Origin: the human T2T-CHM13v2.0 reference genome, Homo sapiens
Assembly (NCBI RefSeq): GCF_009914755.1
Contig: NC_060928.1
DNA: 64,000 nucleotides
Strand: one strand, 5' to 3'
Shown here: in pieces, positions 25,093 through 38,894 of the stretch
Layout: each line of letters opens with the position of its first letter
Numbering within the stretch: position 1 is the first letter of the stretch
Made by a program: the position numbers and the translations under genes
Notes under the pieces: generated by a model
The model's input: only the letters and a program-made list of their open reading frames with translations
What the model was told of the DNA's origin: nothing
Database searches by the model: none

Positions 25093-26351
25093 TGTATTAG
25101 GCCGTTCTTGTGTTGCTATAATGGAATCTATGAAACAGGGTAATTTATGAAGAAAAGAAATTTAATTGGCTCACAGTTCTGTAGGCTGTACAAATGTGGC
25201 ACTGGCATCTGCTCAGCTTCTAGGGAGGCATCAAGGAACTTTTTTTTTTACTCATGGCAGAAGGTGAAGGAGTAGGCACATCACATGGTAAGAGCAAGAG
25301 CCAGAGAGATAGCGGGAGGTGCCACACACTTTTAAACAATCAGGTCTCAGAAGATCTCACTATTATGAGAACAGCACCAAGCCATGAGGGTTTTGCTGCC
25401 ATAACCCAAACCTCTCCCACCAGGCCCCACCTCCAACTTTGGAGAGTACATTTTAACATGAGATTCGGGTGGGACAAATATCCAAACTATATCTTCCCAC
25501 TCCTGGTCCCTCAAATCTCATGTTCTTCTCACATTCCAAAATACAATAATCTATTCTCAATAGTCCTCCAAAAGTCTTAACTCATTTCAGCATCACTCAA
25601 AAGTCCAAAGTCCAAAGTCTCATCTGGAAATGAATTTCTTCCACCTATGAGCCTATAAAATCAAAACAGCTTATTTACTTCCAAGATACAATGGGGTACA
25701 GGCTTTGGGTGAACATTCCCATTCCAAAAGGCAGAAACTGGCCAAAAGAAAGGGGCTACAGCTCCCATGCAAGTCAGGAACCCAGCAGAGCAGTCATTAC
25801 ATCTTAAAACACCAAAATCAGCTTTGAGTCCATGTCCCACATCCAGGGCACAGCCCTGAGAGGCAGGAACTCCCAAGGCCTTTGGCAGCTCCACCTCTAT
25901 GTCTCTTCAGGGTGCAGCCCCCATAGCTGCTCTCATGGATTGGAGTTGAATGCCTGCAACTTTTCCAGATGCAGGGAGCAAACTGCCAGTGGAGCTACCA
26001 TTCTGAGGTCTGGAGGATGGTGGCTTTCTTCGCACAGCTCCACTAGGCAGTACCCCAGTGGGAACTCTGTGTGGCCTGCAAACCATATTTTCCCTTCACA
26101 CTGCCGTAATAGAAGTTCTTGTGAGGGCTCTGCCCCTGCAACATGCTTCTTCCTGGACACCCAGGATTTCTCATATAGCCTCTGAAATCTTGGCAGAGAC
26201 TGCCAAGTCTCTATCACTCTTGCACTCTATGCACCCACAGGCTTAACATCACACGAAAGCCACCAATGCCTGCACCCTCCAGAGCAGTGGCTTGAGCTAC
26301 ACCTGGGCCCCTTTTAACTGAGGCTGGAGCTGGAGTAACAGGCATGCTGAG
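25093..26351 (-). mobile_element. MSTB-like MaLR: 3' LTR 25093-25494 plus 3' half of the internal region; 5' LTR stub at 27486-27547
   Basis: LTR ends aaatatccaaactatatc; target-site duplication gatgg (25088-25092) / gttgg (27548-27552). Confidence 0.88.
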
Positions 26352-26557
26352 TGATATGGTTTTTGTCCTGTTCCCCAACCCAAGTCTCATGTTGAATTGT
26401 GATTCCTAATACTGGAGGCGGAGCCTGGTGGGAGGTGATTGGATCATGGAGGTGGTTTCTAATGGTTTAGCACCATCCCCCTAGTGCTGTCTCATGATAA
26501 GAGTTCTCATGAGATCTGGTTGTTTGAAAGTGTGTAGCTCCCCTCAACCCTTGCTTT

Positions 26558-26596
<39 letters not shown>

Positions 26597-27485
26597 TTCT
26601 CTCTCTCCTTCTGGTCATGGGAAGACATGTTTGCTTCTCCTTCGCCTTCTGCCATGACTGTAAGTTTCCTGAGGCCTCCCCAGCCATGCCTTCAGTACAG
26701 CCTACAAAATTGTAAGTCAATTAAGACTCTTTTATTCATAAATACCCAATCTCAGGTAGTTCTTTATAGCAGGATGAAAATGGATTAAAACAGAAAATTG
26801 GTACTAGGAGTGGGGCATTGCTATAAAGATACCTGAAAATGTGGAAGCAACTTTGGAACTGGGTAATGGGCAGAGATTGGAAGAGTTTGGAGAGCTCAGA
26901 AGAAGACAGAAAGATGAAGGAAAGTTTAATTGTTGTGTCCAAAATGCTGATAGTAATATGGACTGTGAAGTCCAGGCTGAAGGTCTCAGAGGGAGATGAG
27001 AAACTTATTGGGAACTGGAGTAAAGGTCACTCTTGTTATGCTTTAGCAAAAAGACTAGTGGCATTGTGCCTCTGCTCTAGAAATCTGAATCTTTGAATTT
27101 GAAGGAGATGATTTAGGGTATCTGGCAGAAGACATCCTAAGCAGCAAATCATTCAAGTTGTAGCCTGGCTTCTTCTAAAAGCCTATGCTCATCTGCATAA
27201 ACAAAAAAGTTATCTGAAACTGGAACTTATATTTAAAAGGGAAACAGAGCATAGAAGTTTGGAAAATTTGCATACCCAACCATTTGGTAGAAAAGAAAAA
27301 CCCACTTTCTGGGAAGGAATTCAAGCTGGCTGCAGAAATTTGCATAGGTAAAGAGGAGCTGAATGTTAATAGCCAAGACAATGAGGAAAATGCCTCCAAG
27401 GCATTTTGGAGAACTTTGTGGCAGCTCATCCCATCACAGGCCTGGAGGCCTAGGATGGAAAAATGGTATCATGCACCAGGCTCAT
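26352..27485 (+). mobile_element. MSTA-like MaLR: 5' LTR 26352-26792 plus 5' half of the internal region, with (CT)n at 26559-26607
   Basis: tgatatggttt...gggaggtgattggatcatgg...ggattaaaaca then gaaaattggtactaggagtggggc. Confidence 0.88.
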
Positions 27486-27859
27486 GACATACTGGGGATT
27501 ACATTTAAGCATGAGATTTGGGCAGGATAAATATCCAAATTATATCAGTTGGGATGAATAAAGGTTGATTAGTGGGTACAAATATACAGTTAGGTAGAAG
27601 AGATAAGTTCTAGTGTTTGATAGCATATTAGAATGACTATAGTTAACAATAATACATCATATATTTCAAAATAGCTAGAATATTTGAAATCTTTCCAACA
27701 CAAACAAATGCTTGAGGTTATGGATATACTAAATACTCTGTTTTGATCATTACACACTGTATGCATGTATCACAATACACATGTACCCCATAAATATGTA
27801 CAAATATTATGTGACAATAAAAGAACAACAATAACAAAAAAGAAAGGATGTTATTTTTT

Positions 27860-29640
27860 AGCAGACATCCTTTCATGTAGATATCTGAGGAGGTGGGGAC
27901 AAATGTTACTTCCTAACAAAGTTATCTCTAGACCGGGTACCATGTGAAAATTAATGAATTAAAGATAGTATTGAGAAATTCACTTTGTGTGAAATACTGT
28001 TTTATTATTGTGAGGAAACTGCAAAATATCACAAAGAAAGGAAAATATTAAAGCTATGACAAAGAAAATACAGACTACCTATAAGAAAACAGCAACTGGA
28101 CTCACAATAGACTTTTCAATTAGCAAAAGCAGAAACCAGAAAACTATTAAGTACAATTGCAAAATGTCAGTCAAGATTAATCACACAGCCAAATTATTAT
28201 CCAGTAATGAGGGCAAATAAATATGCTTTTAGAGATATAAAAGTACAAGAGTTTACTACACAGAGATTGTCAATATAAGAATTTTTAAAATATGTTATAG
28301 AAAGTAGAATAGTAAGTACAGTTGGAAGCTCTGGGACACAAGGTACAATGGAAGACATTGAAAGTAATAAACTGTTGACAATTTTCATTGAATTGACGTA
28401 AAATAAATAAAATAAAGAACCCAATATTGTTGATAGCATACAATGGAAAGCACCAAAATTAATAAACTGTGTTGAAAAATTTCACTGAGTTGACATAAAA
28501 TAAATAAAATAAAATACCCAATATTGTTGTGTTTTTCTTACAGGTAAAACTAAGTGGGAAAGGTATTTGATAACATGCTAAAATCCTTGTGTCTGGGAAA
28601 GACAGATAAAATATTGTGATCTTTAGATCATTCAAAAATGTGTAGTTAATTCTATATACTAAAAAGTTAACTAAAAGTATAGAAGTAAAATCCACGGGTA
28701 GAACACAAGGGTCATGCAAAAATGTTTATTCACCTAATAGAGGCAAGGTAAGAAAAGGAAAAAATATATATAAAGAAGTGAAGAAAATGGTTGGTAAACT
28801 CCAAATACAAGTAAGATGCAGAAATAATTCCAAATATATCAGGCATTATGGTATGTGTAAGTAGACTAAGCCTTCAAAATACAGAGATTACTAGATGGAT
28901 ACAAAACCTAAATCCAGCCATATGCTGCTGATGAAGGACATCACAAAACAAATCACACAGAGAGGTTAAAAACAAAAAAGAATGGAAAATATGCTAAGTA
29001 ATTTAGCAATATTAATATCGTACAAAATAGATTTAAAGTATTAATAGAAAAAGAAAAGAACTGTGCAAAAAACAATCCTCTAAGAAGTAAGAATCACAAT
29101 CCAGTTGTATATAATGGCATATCCCTGAAAAATGAAAAGTAAAAATAAACAAAATTTTAAGGAGAGGTGGGAAAATCAACAATTTTAACTGGAGATTTAA
29201 CACGTAGCTATCAGATATTTACAGAATAAGCTGAAGAGGTGTTTGTAATAATAGAGAAGATTTAAGAGATGTTTGTAATAATAGAGAAGATTTAAGCAAC
29301 ACAATGTAAAAAGCTAACTCTAATGGAAAGCATAGGACTCAGTCAAACAAATAGAGAATATTAAATGCCATTCAAGTACACGTGGATTATTTACACAATG
29401 ATCACATTGGGACAGAAGGGAAGTCACAATAAATTTTAAAGGTCAGTATAATAAATTCTATGTTCTTTAACCAAAAGACAACTAAACTAGAAATCAATAA
29501 TAAAATATTTAAAAAACAGTCCCCATAGTTTTAGAAAAATAAAATGATACCTTAAATACTTAATGAGCTAAAGAGTAAAAGCCAATAAGAATTACAAAAT
29601 ATTGGAAAGATGTCCAAACAATAATTCTCTCAGTTCATTT
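27860..29640 (+). mobile_element. Decayed L1ME-type ORF1 / ORF2-endonuclease region
   Basis: L1-like remnants (gacttttcaattagcaa, tatgctgctgatgaag, ggagatttaacac, aaactagaaatcaataa). Confidence 0.65.
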
Positions 29641-29853
29641 TATTTTTAAAGTAATTAAAATTTTTTTTTATTTATTCTTAAAACATCCCAGGATACATGT
29701 GTAGAACATGGAGCTTTGTTACACAGGTATACGTGTACCATGGTGGTTTGCTGCACCTATTGACCCATCCTCTAAGATCCCTCCCCTCACCCCCTACTCC
29801 CCAACAGGCCCTGGTGTGTGTTGTTCTCCTCTCTATGTGTGTGTTCTCATTGT

Positions 29854-32800
29854 TCAACTCCCACTTATGAGTGAGAACATGCGGTATTTGGTTTCTGTTC
29901 CTGTATTAGTTTGCTGAGTATGATGGCTTCCAGCTTCATCCTTGTCCCTGCAAAGGACATGATCTAATTCCTTTTTATGGTTGCATAGTATTCCATGGTG
30001 TATATGTACCACATTTTTTTTATCCAGTCTATCATTGATGGGCATTTGGGTTGGTTCCATGTCTTTGCTATTGTAAATAGTGATGCAATAAACATACATG
30101 TGCATGTGTCTTTAATGATTCTATAATCCTTCGTGTATATACCCAGTAATGGGATTGCTGGGTCAAATGCTATTTCTGGTTCTAGATCCTTCAGGAATTG
30201 TCATACTGTCTTCCACAACGGTTGAACTAATTTACACTACCACCAACAGTGTAAAAGCATTCCTATTTCTCCACAGCCTCGCCAGCTTCTATTGTTTTCT
30301 GACTTTTTAGTAATCATTGTTCTGGCTGGCCTGAGATGATATCTCATTGTGGTTTTGATTTGCATTTCTCTGATGATCAGTGATGTTGAGCTTTTTTTCA
30401 TACGTTTGTTGACGCATAAATGTCTTCTTTTGAGAAGTGTCTGTTCATATCCTTTGCCCACTTTTTGATGGAGTTTTTTTTTTCTTGTAAATTAGTTTAA
30501 GTTCCTTGGAAATTCTGGATATTAGACCTTGGTCAGATGGGTAGATTGCAAAAATTTTCTCCCATTCTGTAGGTCACCTATTCATTCAGAGGATAGTTTC
30601 TTTTGCTGTGCAGAAGCTCTTTAGTTTAATTAGATCCTGTGTGTCAGTTTTGACTCTTGTTGCTTTTGGCGTTTTTGTCATAAAGTCTTTTCCCATGCCT
30701 GTGTCCTGAATAGTATTGCCTAGGTTTTCTAATAGGGTTTTTATGGTTTTGAATTTTACATTTGTGTCTTTGATCCATCCTGAGTTAATTTTTGTACAAG
30801 GTGTAAGGAAGGGATCCAGTTTCAGTTTTCTGCATATGGCTAGCCAGTTTTCCCAACACCATTTACTGAATAGGAGATCCTTTCCCCATTGCTTGTTTTT
30901 GTCAGGTTTGTCAAAGATCAGATGGTTGTAGATGTGTGGTGTTATTTCTGAGGCCTGTGTTCTGTTCCATTTTTCTATATATCTGTTTTGGTACCAGTAC
31001 CATGCTGTTTTGGTTACTGTAGCCTTGTAGTATAGTTTGAAGTCAGGTGGTGTGATGCCTCCAGCTTTGCTCTTTTTGCTTAGGATTGTCTTGGCTATAT
31101 CGGTTCTCCTTTGATTCCATGTGAAATTTAGAATAGTTTTTTTCTAATTCTGTGAAGAATGTCAATAGTAGTTTGATGGGAATAGCATTGAATTTATAAA
31201 TTACTTTGGGGGGTATGGTCATTTTCATGATATTGATTCTTCCTGTCCATGAGGCTGGAATGTTTTTCCATTTGTTTCCTCCCTTATTTCCTTGAGCAGT
31301 GGTTTGTAGTTCTCCTTGAAGACATCCTTCACATCCCTTGTAAGTCGTGTTTCTAGGTATTCTATTATATTTGTAGCAACTGTGAATGGGAGTTCATTCA
31401 TGATTTGGCTCTCTGCTTGTCTGTTGTTGGTGTAAAGGAATGCTTGTCATTTTTGCACATTGATTTTGTATCCCAAGACTTTGCTGAAGTTGCTTATCAG
31501 TTTAAAGAGTTTTTGGTCTAAGATGATGGGGTTTTCTAAATATAAAATCATGTCATCTGCAAACAGAGACAGTTTGAATTCCTCTCTTCCTATTTGAATA
31601 TGCTTTCTTTCTTTCTCTTGCCTTATTGCCCTGGCCAGAACCTTCAATTCTGTGTTGAATAGGAGTGGTGAGAGGGCATCCTTGTCTTGTACTGGTTTTC
31701 AAAGGGAATGCTTTCAGCTTTTGTCCATTCAATATAATATTGGCTGTGGGTTTATCATAAGTAACTCTTATTATTTTGAGATATGTTCCATCAATGCCTA
31801 TTTTATTGAGAGTTTTTAACATGAAGGGATGCTGAGATTTTTCAAAGTCCTTTCATGCATCTATTGAGATAATCATGCGGTTTTTGTCATAGGTTCTGTT
31901 TATGTGACTGATTATGTTTATTGATTTTCATATGTTGAACCAGACTTGCATCCCGGGTATGAAGCCAACTTGATCATGTTGGATAAATATTTTGATGTGC
32001 TGCTGGATTTGTTTTGCCAGTATTTTATTGAGGATTTTTGCATCGACGTTCATCAGGGATATTGGTCTGAAGTTATATTTTTTTGTTGTTTCTCTTCTCT
32101 GTTTTGGTATCAGGATGATGCTGGCTTCATAAATGAGATAGGGAGGAGTCCCTCCTTTGGAATTGTTTGGAATAGCTTCAGAAGGAATGGTACCAGCTCC
32201 TCTTTGTATTTCTAACAGAATTCAGCTGTGAATCCGTCTGGTCCTGGGCTTTTTTTGGTTGGTATGCTATTAATTACTGCCTCAATTTTAGAAGTTGTTA
32301 TTGGTCTATTCAGGGATTTGACATCTTCCTGGTTTAGTCTTGGGAGGGTGCATGTGTGTCCAAAAATGTAGCCATTTCTTCTAGATTTTCTAGTTTATTT
32401 GCATAGAGGTGTTTATAGTGTTCTCTGATAGTAGTTTGTATTTCTGTGGGGTCAGTGGTGATATCTTCTTTATCATTTTTTATCGTGTCTATATGATTCT
32501 TCTCTCTTCCCTTCTTTATTAGTCTAGCTAGCGACCTATCTATTTTGTTAATTTTTTTCAAAAAACCAGCTCCTGGATTCATTGATTTTCTGGAGGGTTT
32601 TTTTGTGTCTCTGTCTCCTTCAGTTCTTCTCTGATCTTAGTTATTTCTTGTCTTCTGATAGCTTTTGGATTGGTGTGTTCTTGCCTCTCTAACATTTCTA
32701 ATTGTGATGTTGGGGTGTCAGTTTGAGATGTTTCAAGCTTTCTCATGTGGGCATTTAGTGCTATAAGTTTTCCTGTTAGCACTGTTTTAGCTGTGTCCCA

Positions 32801-33657
32801 GAGATTCTGCTATATTGTCTCTTTGTTCTCACTGGTTTCAAATAACTTATTTGTTTCTGCCTTAATTTTGTTATTTACCCAATAGTCATTCAGGAGCAGG
32901 TTGTTCAATTTCCATGTAATCGTGTGGTTTTGAGTGAGATTCTTAATCCTGAGTTCTAATTTGATTGCACCGTGATCTGAGAGACTGTTATGATTTCAGT
33001 TCTTTTGCATTTGCTGAGGAGTGTTTTACTTCCAATTACGTGGTCAATTTTAGAATAAGTGCCATGTGGTGCTGAGAATAATGTATATTCTGTTAATTTG
33101 AGGTAGAGTGTTCTGTAGACATCTACTATGTCCGCTTGATCCAGAGCTGAGTTCAAGTCCTGAATATCCTTTTAATTTTCTGTCTCATAGATCTGTCTTA
33201 TACTGAAAGTGGGGTGTTAAAATCTCCCACTATTATTGTGTGGGAGTCTAAGTCTCTTTGTATGTCTCTAAGAACTTGTTTTATGAATCTGGGTGCTTCT
33301 GTATGTGGCACATATATATTTAGAATAGTTAGCTCTTCTTGTTGAATTGTTCCCTTTATCATTATGTAATGACCTTCTTTGTCTCTTTTTTTTTTTAATC
33401 TTTGTTGGTTTAAAGCCTGTTTTGTCAGAGTCTAGGATTGCAAATCCTGCTTTTTTTTTCCATTTGTTTGGTAAATTTTCCTCCATCCCTTTATTTTGAG
33501 CCTATGAGTGTCTTTGCACGTGAGATGGGTCTCCTGAATACAACACACCAATGGGTCTTGACTCTATCCAATTTGCCAGTCTGTGTCTTTTAATTGGGGC
33601 ATTTAGCACATTTACATTTAAGGGTAGTATTGTTATGTGTGGATTTGATCCTGTCAT
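29854..33657 (-). pseudogene. Disrupted L1 ORF2 (endonuclease / reverse transcriptase)
   Basis: Fragments [43 protein letters not shown], broken by stops and frameshifts; ATG at 33657. Confidence 0.9.
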
Positions 33658-33739
33658 CATGCTGCTATTTGGTTATTTTGCACACTAGTTGATACGGTTT
33701 CTTCATAATGTCATTGGTCTTTATATTTTGGTGTGTTTT

Positions 33740-34700
33740 TGCAGTGGCTGGTAACAGCTTTTCCTTTCTATAATTAGTGCTTCTTTCAGGAACTCTTGCC
33801 GGGCAGGCCTAGGAATAACAAAATCCCTCATCATTTGCTTGTCTGGAAAGAATTTTATTTCTCCTTAACTTATGAAGCCTAGTTTGGCTAGATATGAAAT
33901 TCTAGATTGAAAATTATTTTCTTTAAGAATATCAAATATTGGCCCCCAATCTCTTCTGGCTTGTAGTGTCTGCTGAGAGGTCCACTGTTAGTCTGATGGG
34001 CTTCCCTTTGTAGGTGACCTGGCCTTTCTCTCTGGCTGCCCTTAGCAGTTTTTCCTCCATTTCAATCTTGGAGAATCTGATGATTATTTGTCTTGGGGTT
34101 GATCTTCTCATGGAGTATCTTAATGGTGTTCTCTGTATTTTTTGAATTTGCATGTTGTCCTGTCTTACTACATTGGGGAAGTTCTCCTGGATAATATCCT
34201 GAAGTGTGTTTTCTGGCTCGTTTCCATTCTCCCCATCTTTTTCTGGTATTCCAATAAATTGTAGGTTCAGTTTTTTTTATGAAGTCCCATATTTCTTGGA
34301 GGCTTTGTTCATTGCTTTTAATTCTTTTTTCTCTAATCTTGTCTGCATGCTTTATTTCGGCAAGGTGGTCTTCAAACTCTGATATCTTTTTTTCTGCTTG
34401 GTCGATTCAGCTATTGATACTTGTGTATGCTTCATGAAGTCCCCATGCTGTGTTTTTCAGCTCCATCAGGTCTTTTATGTTCCTCTCTAAACTGGCTATT
34501 CTACTTAGCAATTCCTCTAACCTTTTGTCAAGGTTCTTGGCTTCTTTGTGTTGGGTTAGGACATGATCCTTTAGCTCAGCATAGTTTTTCATTACCCATC
34601 TTCTGAAGCCTACTTCTGACGTTGCGATCATTTGGAGGAGAAGAGGCACTCTGGTCTTTTGGGTTTTCAAAATTTTTTCATTGTTTCTTTCTCATCTTTG
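33740..34700 (-). pseudogene. Disrupted L1 ORF1
   Basis: Fragments RRSTPRQIIIRFSK...AAREKGQVTYKGKPIRLTVDLSA and coiled-coil LERNIKDLMELKN. Confidence 0.88.
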
Positions 34701-35979
34701 TGCATTTGTCTAGTTTCGGTCTTTGAGGCCGCTGACCCTGGGATGGGGTTTTTCTGGGGGCTTTTTGTTGTTCTTGATGCTGTTGTTGTTGCTTTCTGCT
34801 TGTTTGTTTTTCTTTCAATGGTCGGGTCCCTCTTGTGTAGGGCTGCTGAAGTTTGCTGGGGGTTCACTTCAGGTCCTATTCATCTGATTCACTCGCATGC
34901 CTGGAGATGTCACTTAAGAAGCCCGGATAACAGCATAGACAGGTGCCTGCTCCTTCTTCTGTGATCTCTGACCTCGAGGGGCACCAACCTGATGCCAATA
35001 GGATTGCTCCTGTATAGGATGTCTGACAACACCTGTTGGAGGGTCTCACCCAGTTGGCTGGCACAGGGAACAGGACCCATTTAACAAAGCACTGAGTCCG
35101 TTGGTGGAGGGGGTGTGCCTTGATGGGGGGAAACCCACTCATCTGGGCTGCCTGGATTCCTCAGAACTACCAGGAGGAAAGTCTAAGTCTGCTGGTCGGC
35201 AAAGACTGTGGCCGCCCCCTCCCCTAGGGGCTCAGGCCCAGGGAAATCCAGGTTCTGTCTCTGAGCCTCTGGCTGGAGTTACTGGAGTTCCTGCAGGGAA
35301 GCCCCACCCAATGAGGAAGGATGGGTCAGGGTCAGGCCTAAAGAGGCCCTCTGGCTGCTGACTGCCACAGCCGGTGTGTTGGGCTGTGGGGACAAATCTT
35401 GACACCAAACCGTCCAGCTCCCTGGCTCCAGCAGGGGAAAAGCACAGCCTGGAGCCATAGAGATGGATGCCGCCCTTCCCCTGCCCAGGGAGCTTAGCGT
35501 GTTAGGCACTTGAGAGTCCCAGTACTGGCTGCTGCCCCCTCCCCCAAGGAGCTCAAATGGCTTAGACAGCAGGCAGCTGCAGTGGAGGAGCTGGTTGTCC
35601 CTCCCCATGGGAGTTTGGTAGGCTTAAACAGATTCCAGCTGAGAGGCTAAGAGTCTGCGCATTCCCCGGCTAGGCCCCAGTGGCATGGGTTTGCCAGTGA
35701 GATCGTCCAATCCATGGATTGCACAGTTCTGTGGAAAAAACATGGTTTCCCTAGCTGGGTAGCATGCTCACTCACCACCACTCACTCTCAGGTGGGCCGC
35801 CGCACCACACTGTTCTTCTTTCTCTCCATAGGTCACACCAGTCTCCTAGTCAGTTCCGATGAGAGAACCTGGATACCTTGGTTGCCTGTAAAGGATTCAC
35901 ATGTTTATTATGGTTTTCTTCAATGGGAGCCTCTGAACGCTGCTGTTTCTAGTTGGCCATCTTGGCCCCGCTCCCCACA

Positions 35980-36284
35980 TTTTTTATTTATTTTTATTTT
36001 TTGAAACAGAGTTTTACTCTGTTGTTCAGTCTAGGGTTCAGTGGCATGATCTCAGCTCACTGAAACATCTGCTTCCTGGGCTCAAGCGATTCTCCTGCCT
36101 CAATCTCTCAAGTAGCTAGGACCGCGGCCGTGCACCACCACACCCAGCTAATTTTTGTTTATTTTGTAGAGATGGTGTTTCACCGTGTTGCCCAGGCTGG
36201 TCTTGAATACCGGGGCTCAAGCAATCCACCCATCTTGGCCTCCCAGAGTGCTGGGATTACAGACTTGAGCCACTGCACCAGGCC
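35980..36284 (-). mobile_element. AluJb-like element abutting the L1PA8 5' end
   Basis: Antisense Alu with gggctcaagcgattctcc and gggctcaagcaatcc. Confidence 0.93.
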
Positions 36285-37800
36285 TAAACTCATTTCTTAG
36301 TAAATAAATGATTAAACATAAATGAATTATTTGAACGAAAAGCTAAAAAAAAAAAAAAGGTGAACTTAATGTAGGTACAAGAAAATAATGCAATAAAAAA
36401 CAAACAAAAAATTTAAACATAAAATAAAGGAACTATAGAAAGAGCGAGGAAAATCCAAATACCATTCTTTGACAAAAACTAATAAAGTAGATAAACCCCT
36501 AACAAGACTGAAGAACAAAAAGGTATAAAAGAATAAACAAGCGTATGTAATTATGTATAAAATAGGAATTTAAAAACAACAGAAATCATATAAGCATATT
36601 TTTGCTACAAAAGTAAATTTCAACACTTAAACAATTTTCTAGAAAAATATATTTAAAACACCAATCTGAGTCAAGAAGATGTGGAAAACATAAATCAAAA
36701 GATAGTTATCCAAAACTGAGACCAATAATTAAAATTCTTCCCCTCTTCCCCTATTAACCCAAGTTCCCATTACCCCCACCACACAAGGATCACAGTCACC
36801 TGTCTTTTGGCCCAGATTGTTTTAACAAGGACATTATACCAGTCATTTGAAGAACAGACTATCTCCATCTTAAAAAAAAAAACAACCATTTCAAAGAATT
36901 AAGGTTGAGAGCTCTTCAACTCATTTTGTGACAATTTGTAATTCTGATATTCAAACTAGACCAAGAAAGTAAAATAAAATAAAATTATAGATCAGTTTCA
37001 CTTAAGAGTACAAATGCAGAGAATCTAGATAAATTATAAACAAATGGAAAGGGCCACATATATGCTTTTATGTATATAAATGTCAAGTGATTATTCCAGT
37101 AATGTATCTATATGGGAAAATTAAATAATGTAATTCATCATATTAACAGATTAAAAGGAAATACCATATGATCATCTCAACTGATGGATACACAGTCACA
37201 GTTATATATTAAATTATACTATTTATTTAAATATTATATTTAAAATATTATAAATCAAATCATAACTATTACAATATTATAATACATTAAAGACAGCCAA
37301 CTGAAAATCAATGGAAATGTCCCTAAATTGTTTATTTCCATTAAAAATGTATAACAAATATTATGCTTAATGGTAACACTACAATCATTCTTACTAATAT
37401 CAGAAAAAAATAAGGCAAATTTTAGTTGTTCCTGTTATCATTATATTAGAAGTTATATCTGATGCAATAAGCCAAAAATAAGAGAGATTTGAAGGGAGCA
37501 GAACAAACATTCTTAATCACAGAAAACATGATTGTCTCTAAAGTAAATCCAAAAGAATCTATAAACTATTAGAGATACTAGAATTTAACAAAGTTGTCAG
37601 ATAGATAGGGGAGCAATGTGCAAACATTAACACCATCCTAAACACCAGAAAACACAAAGTAAAATATGTAATAATATGTAATATGTAACATATTGTAATG
37701 TACCAAGGGGTACATTTAACAAAAGATATTTAATATCTTTATGGAGAAGATTGCAAATATTTCTGAAGGTCACAAAAACAGGAAGAAATTGAGAGATATA

Positions 37801-38098
37801 CAGTCACTCCCTGATACCTGCAGGGGAATGATTACTGGACCTGCCTTGAATACCAAAATCAACAGTCCCTCTAGTAAAATTGTGTAGTATTTGCAAATAA
37901 TCTATACACATTCTCCTGTAAAATGATCTCTAGATTACTTATAATTTAATACAATATAAATGCAATGTAAATAGTTATACTGTACTTCTTAAAATTTTCA
38001 TTTTTTATTGTTGTGTTGTTATATTTTTCCAAATATTTCCAATCTGCATTTGGTTGAATCTGCAGCTGGAGTAGCCATGGATAGGAAGGGCTAACTAT
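37801..38098. mobile_element. MER2 (TcMar-Tigger) MITE
   Basis: TA-flanked; gtagtatttgca...tctctagattacttataat...tggttgaatctgc...ccatggatag. Confidence 0.85.
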
Positions 38099-38256
38099 AT
38101 TATGTTCATGGCTAGAAAAATTACGTCAAGTTATCAGTGCTCCATAAGTTATTCTAAACATTCAATGAAATTCTACTTAAAATTATAATTTTTCATGGAA
38201 TTTGATAAGCTTCTCCTAAAACCCATATGGAAAAAGAAAGGGACAAACATTGTTAA

Positions 38257-38607
<351 letters not shown>

Positions 38608-38894
38608 AGCAGATTGTTTTATAGACATCGAGAATGACTATAAAACCATAATAAATAAGAAATAAAGCATTGGTTAAGAGATAGACAAATGAATCAATAG
38701 AACAAAAGAGGTCTATGCATTTGTGGAAGGTTGATATGTGGCACAAGTGGCATTAAAAAGTGGTGGCGAAAATTTATTTGAAAAAAAAAAAAACTATCAG
38801 AAAAAATAATCACAGTCAAATCCCTACCACACACAATACATAAGATGATTAAAGAAAAAATGTGATAAGCAAAATGTTTAAATGTTTAGAAGAA

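Larger units (their letters stand above)
24726..27836 (+). mobile_element. 5'-inverted (twin-primed) L1MA 3' fragment: antisense 24726-24860, sense 24861-25092 and 27553-27836
   Basis: Orientation switch at ~24860; target-site duplication aaaaagaaag(t/g)atgt at 24711-24725 and 27837-27851. Confidence 0.85.
29660..35976 (-). mobile_element. Full-length, inactivated L1PA8-like LINE-1 (~6.3 kb)
   Basis: 3'UTR at left (ctattgacccatcctctaag...caacaggccctgg); continuous ORF2 and ORF1 homology in many ORF-track fragments; 5'UTR ends in ggccatcttggccccgctcccc (YY1 box). Confidence 0.95.

Noticed and set aside
29854-34700. L1 ORF1/ORF2 as active genes
   Set aside because: Numerous stops and frameshifts; retrotransposition-dead.
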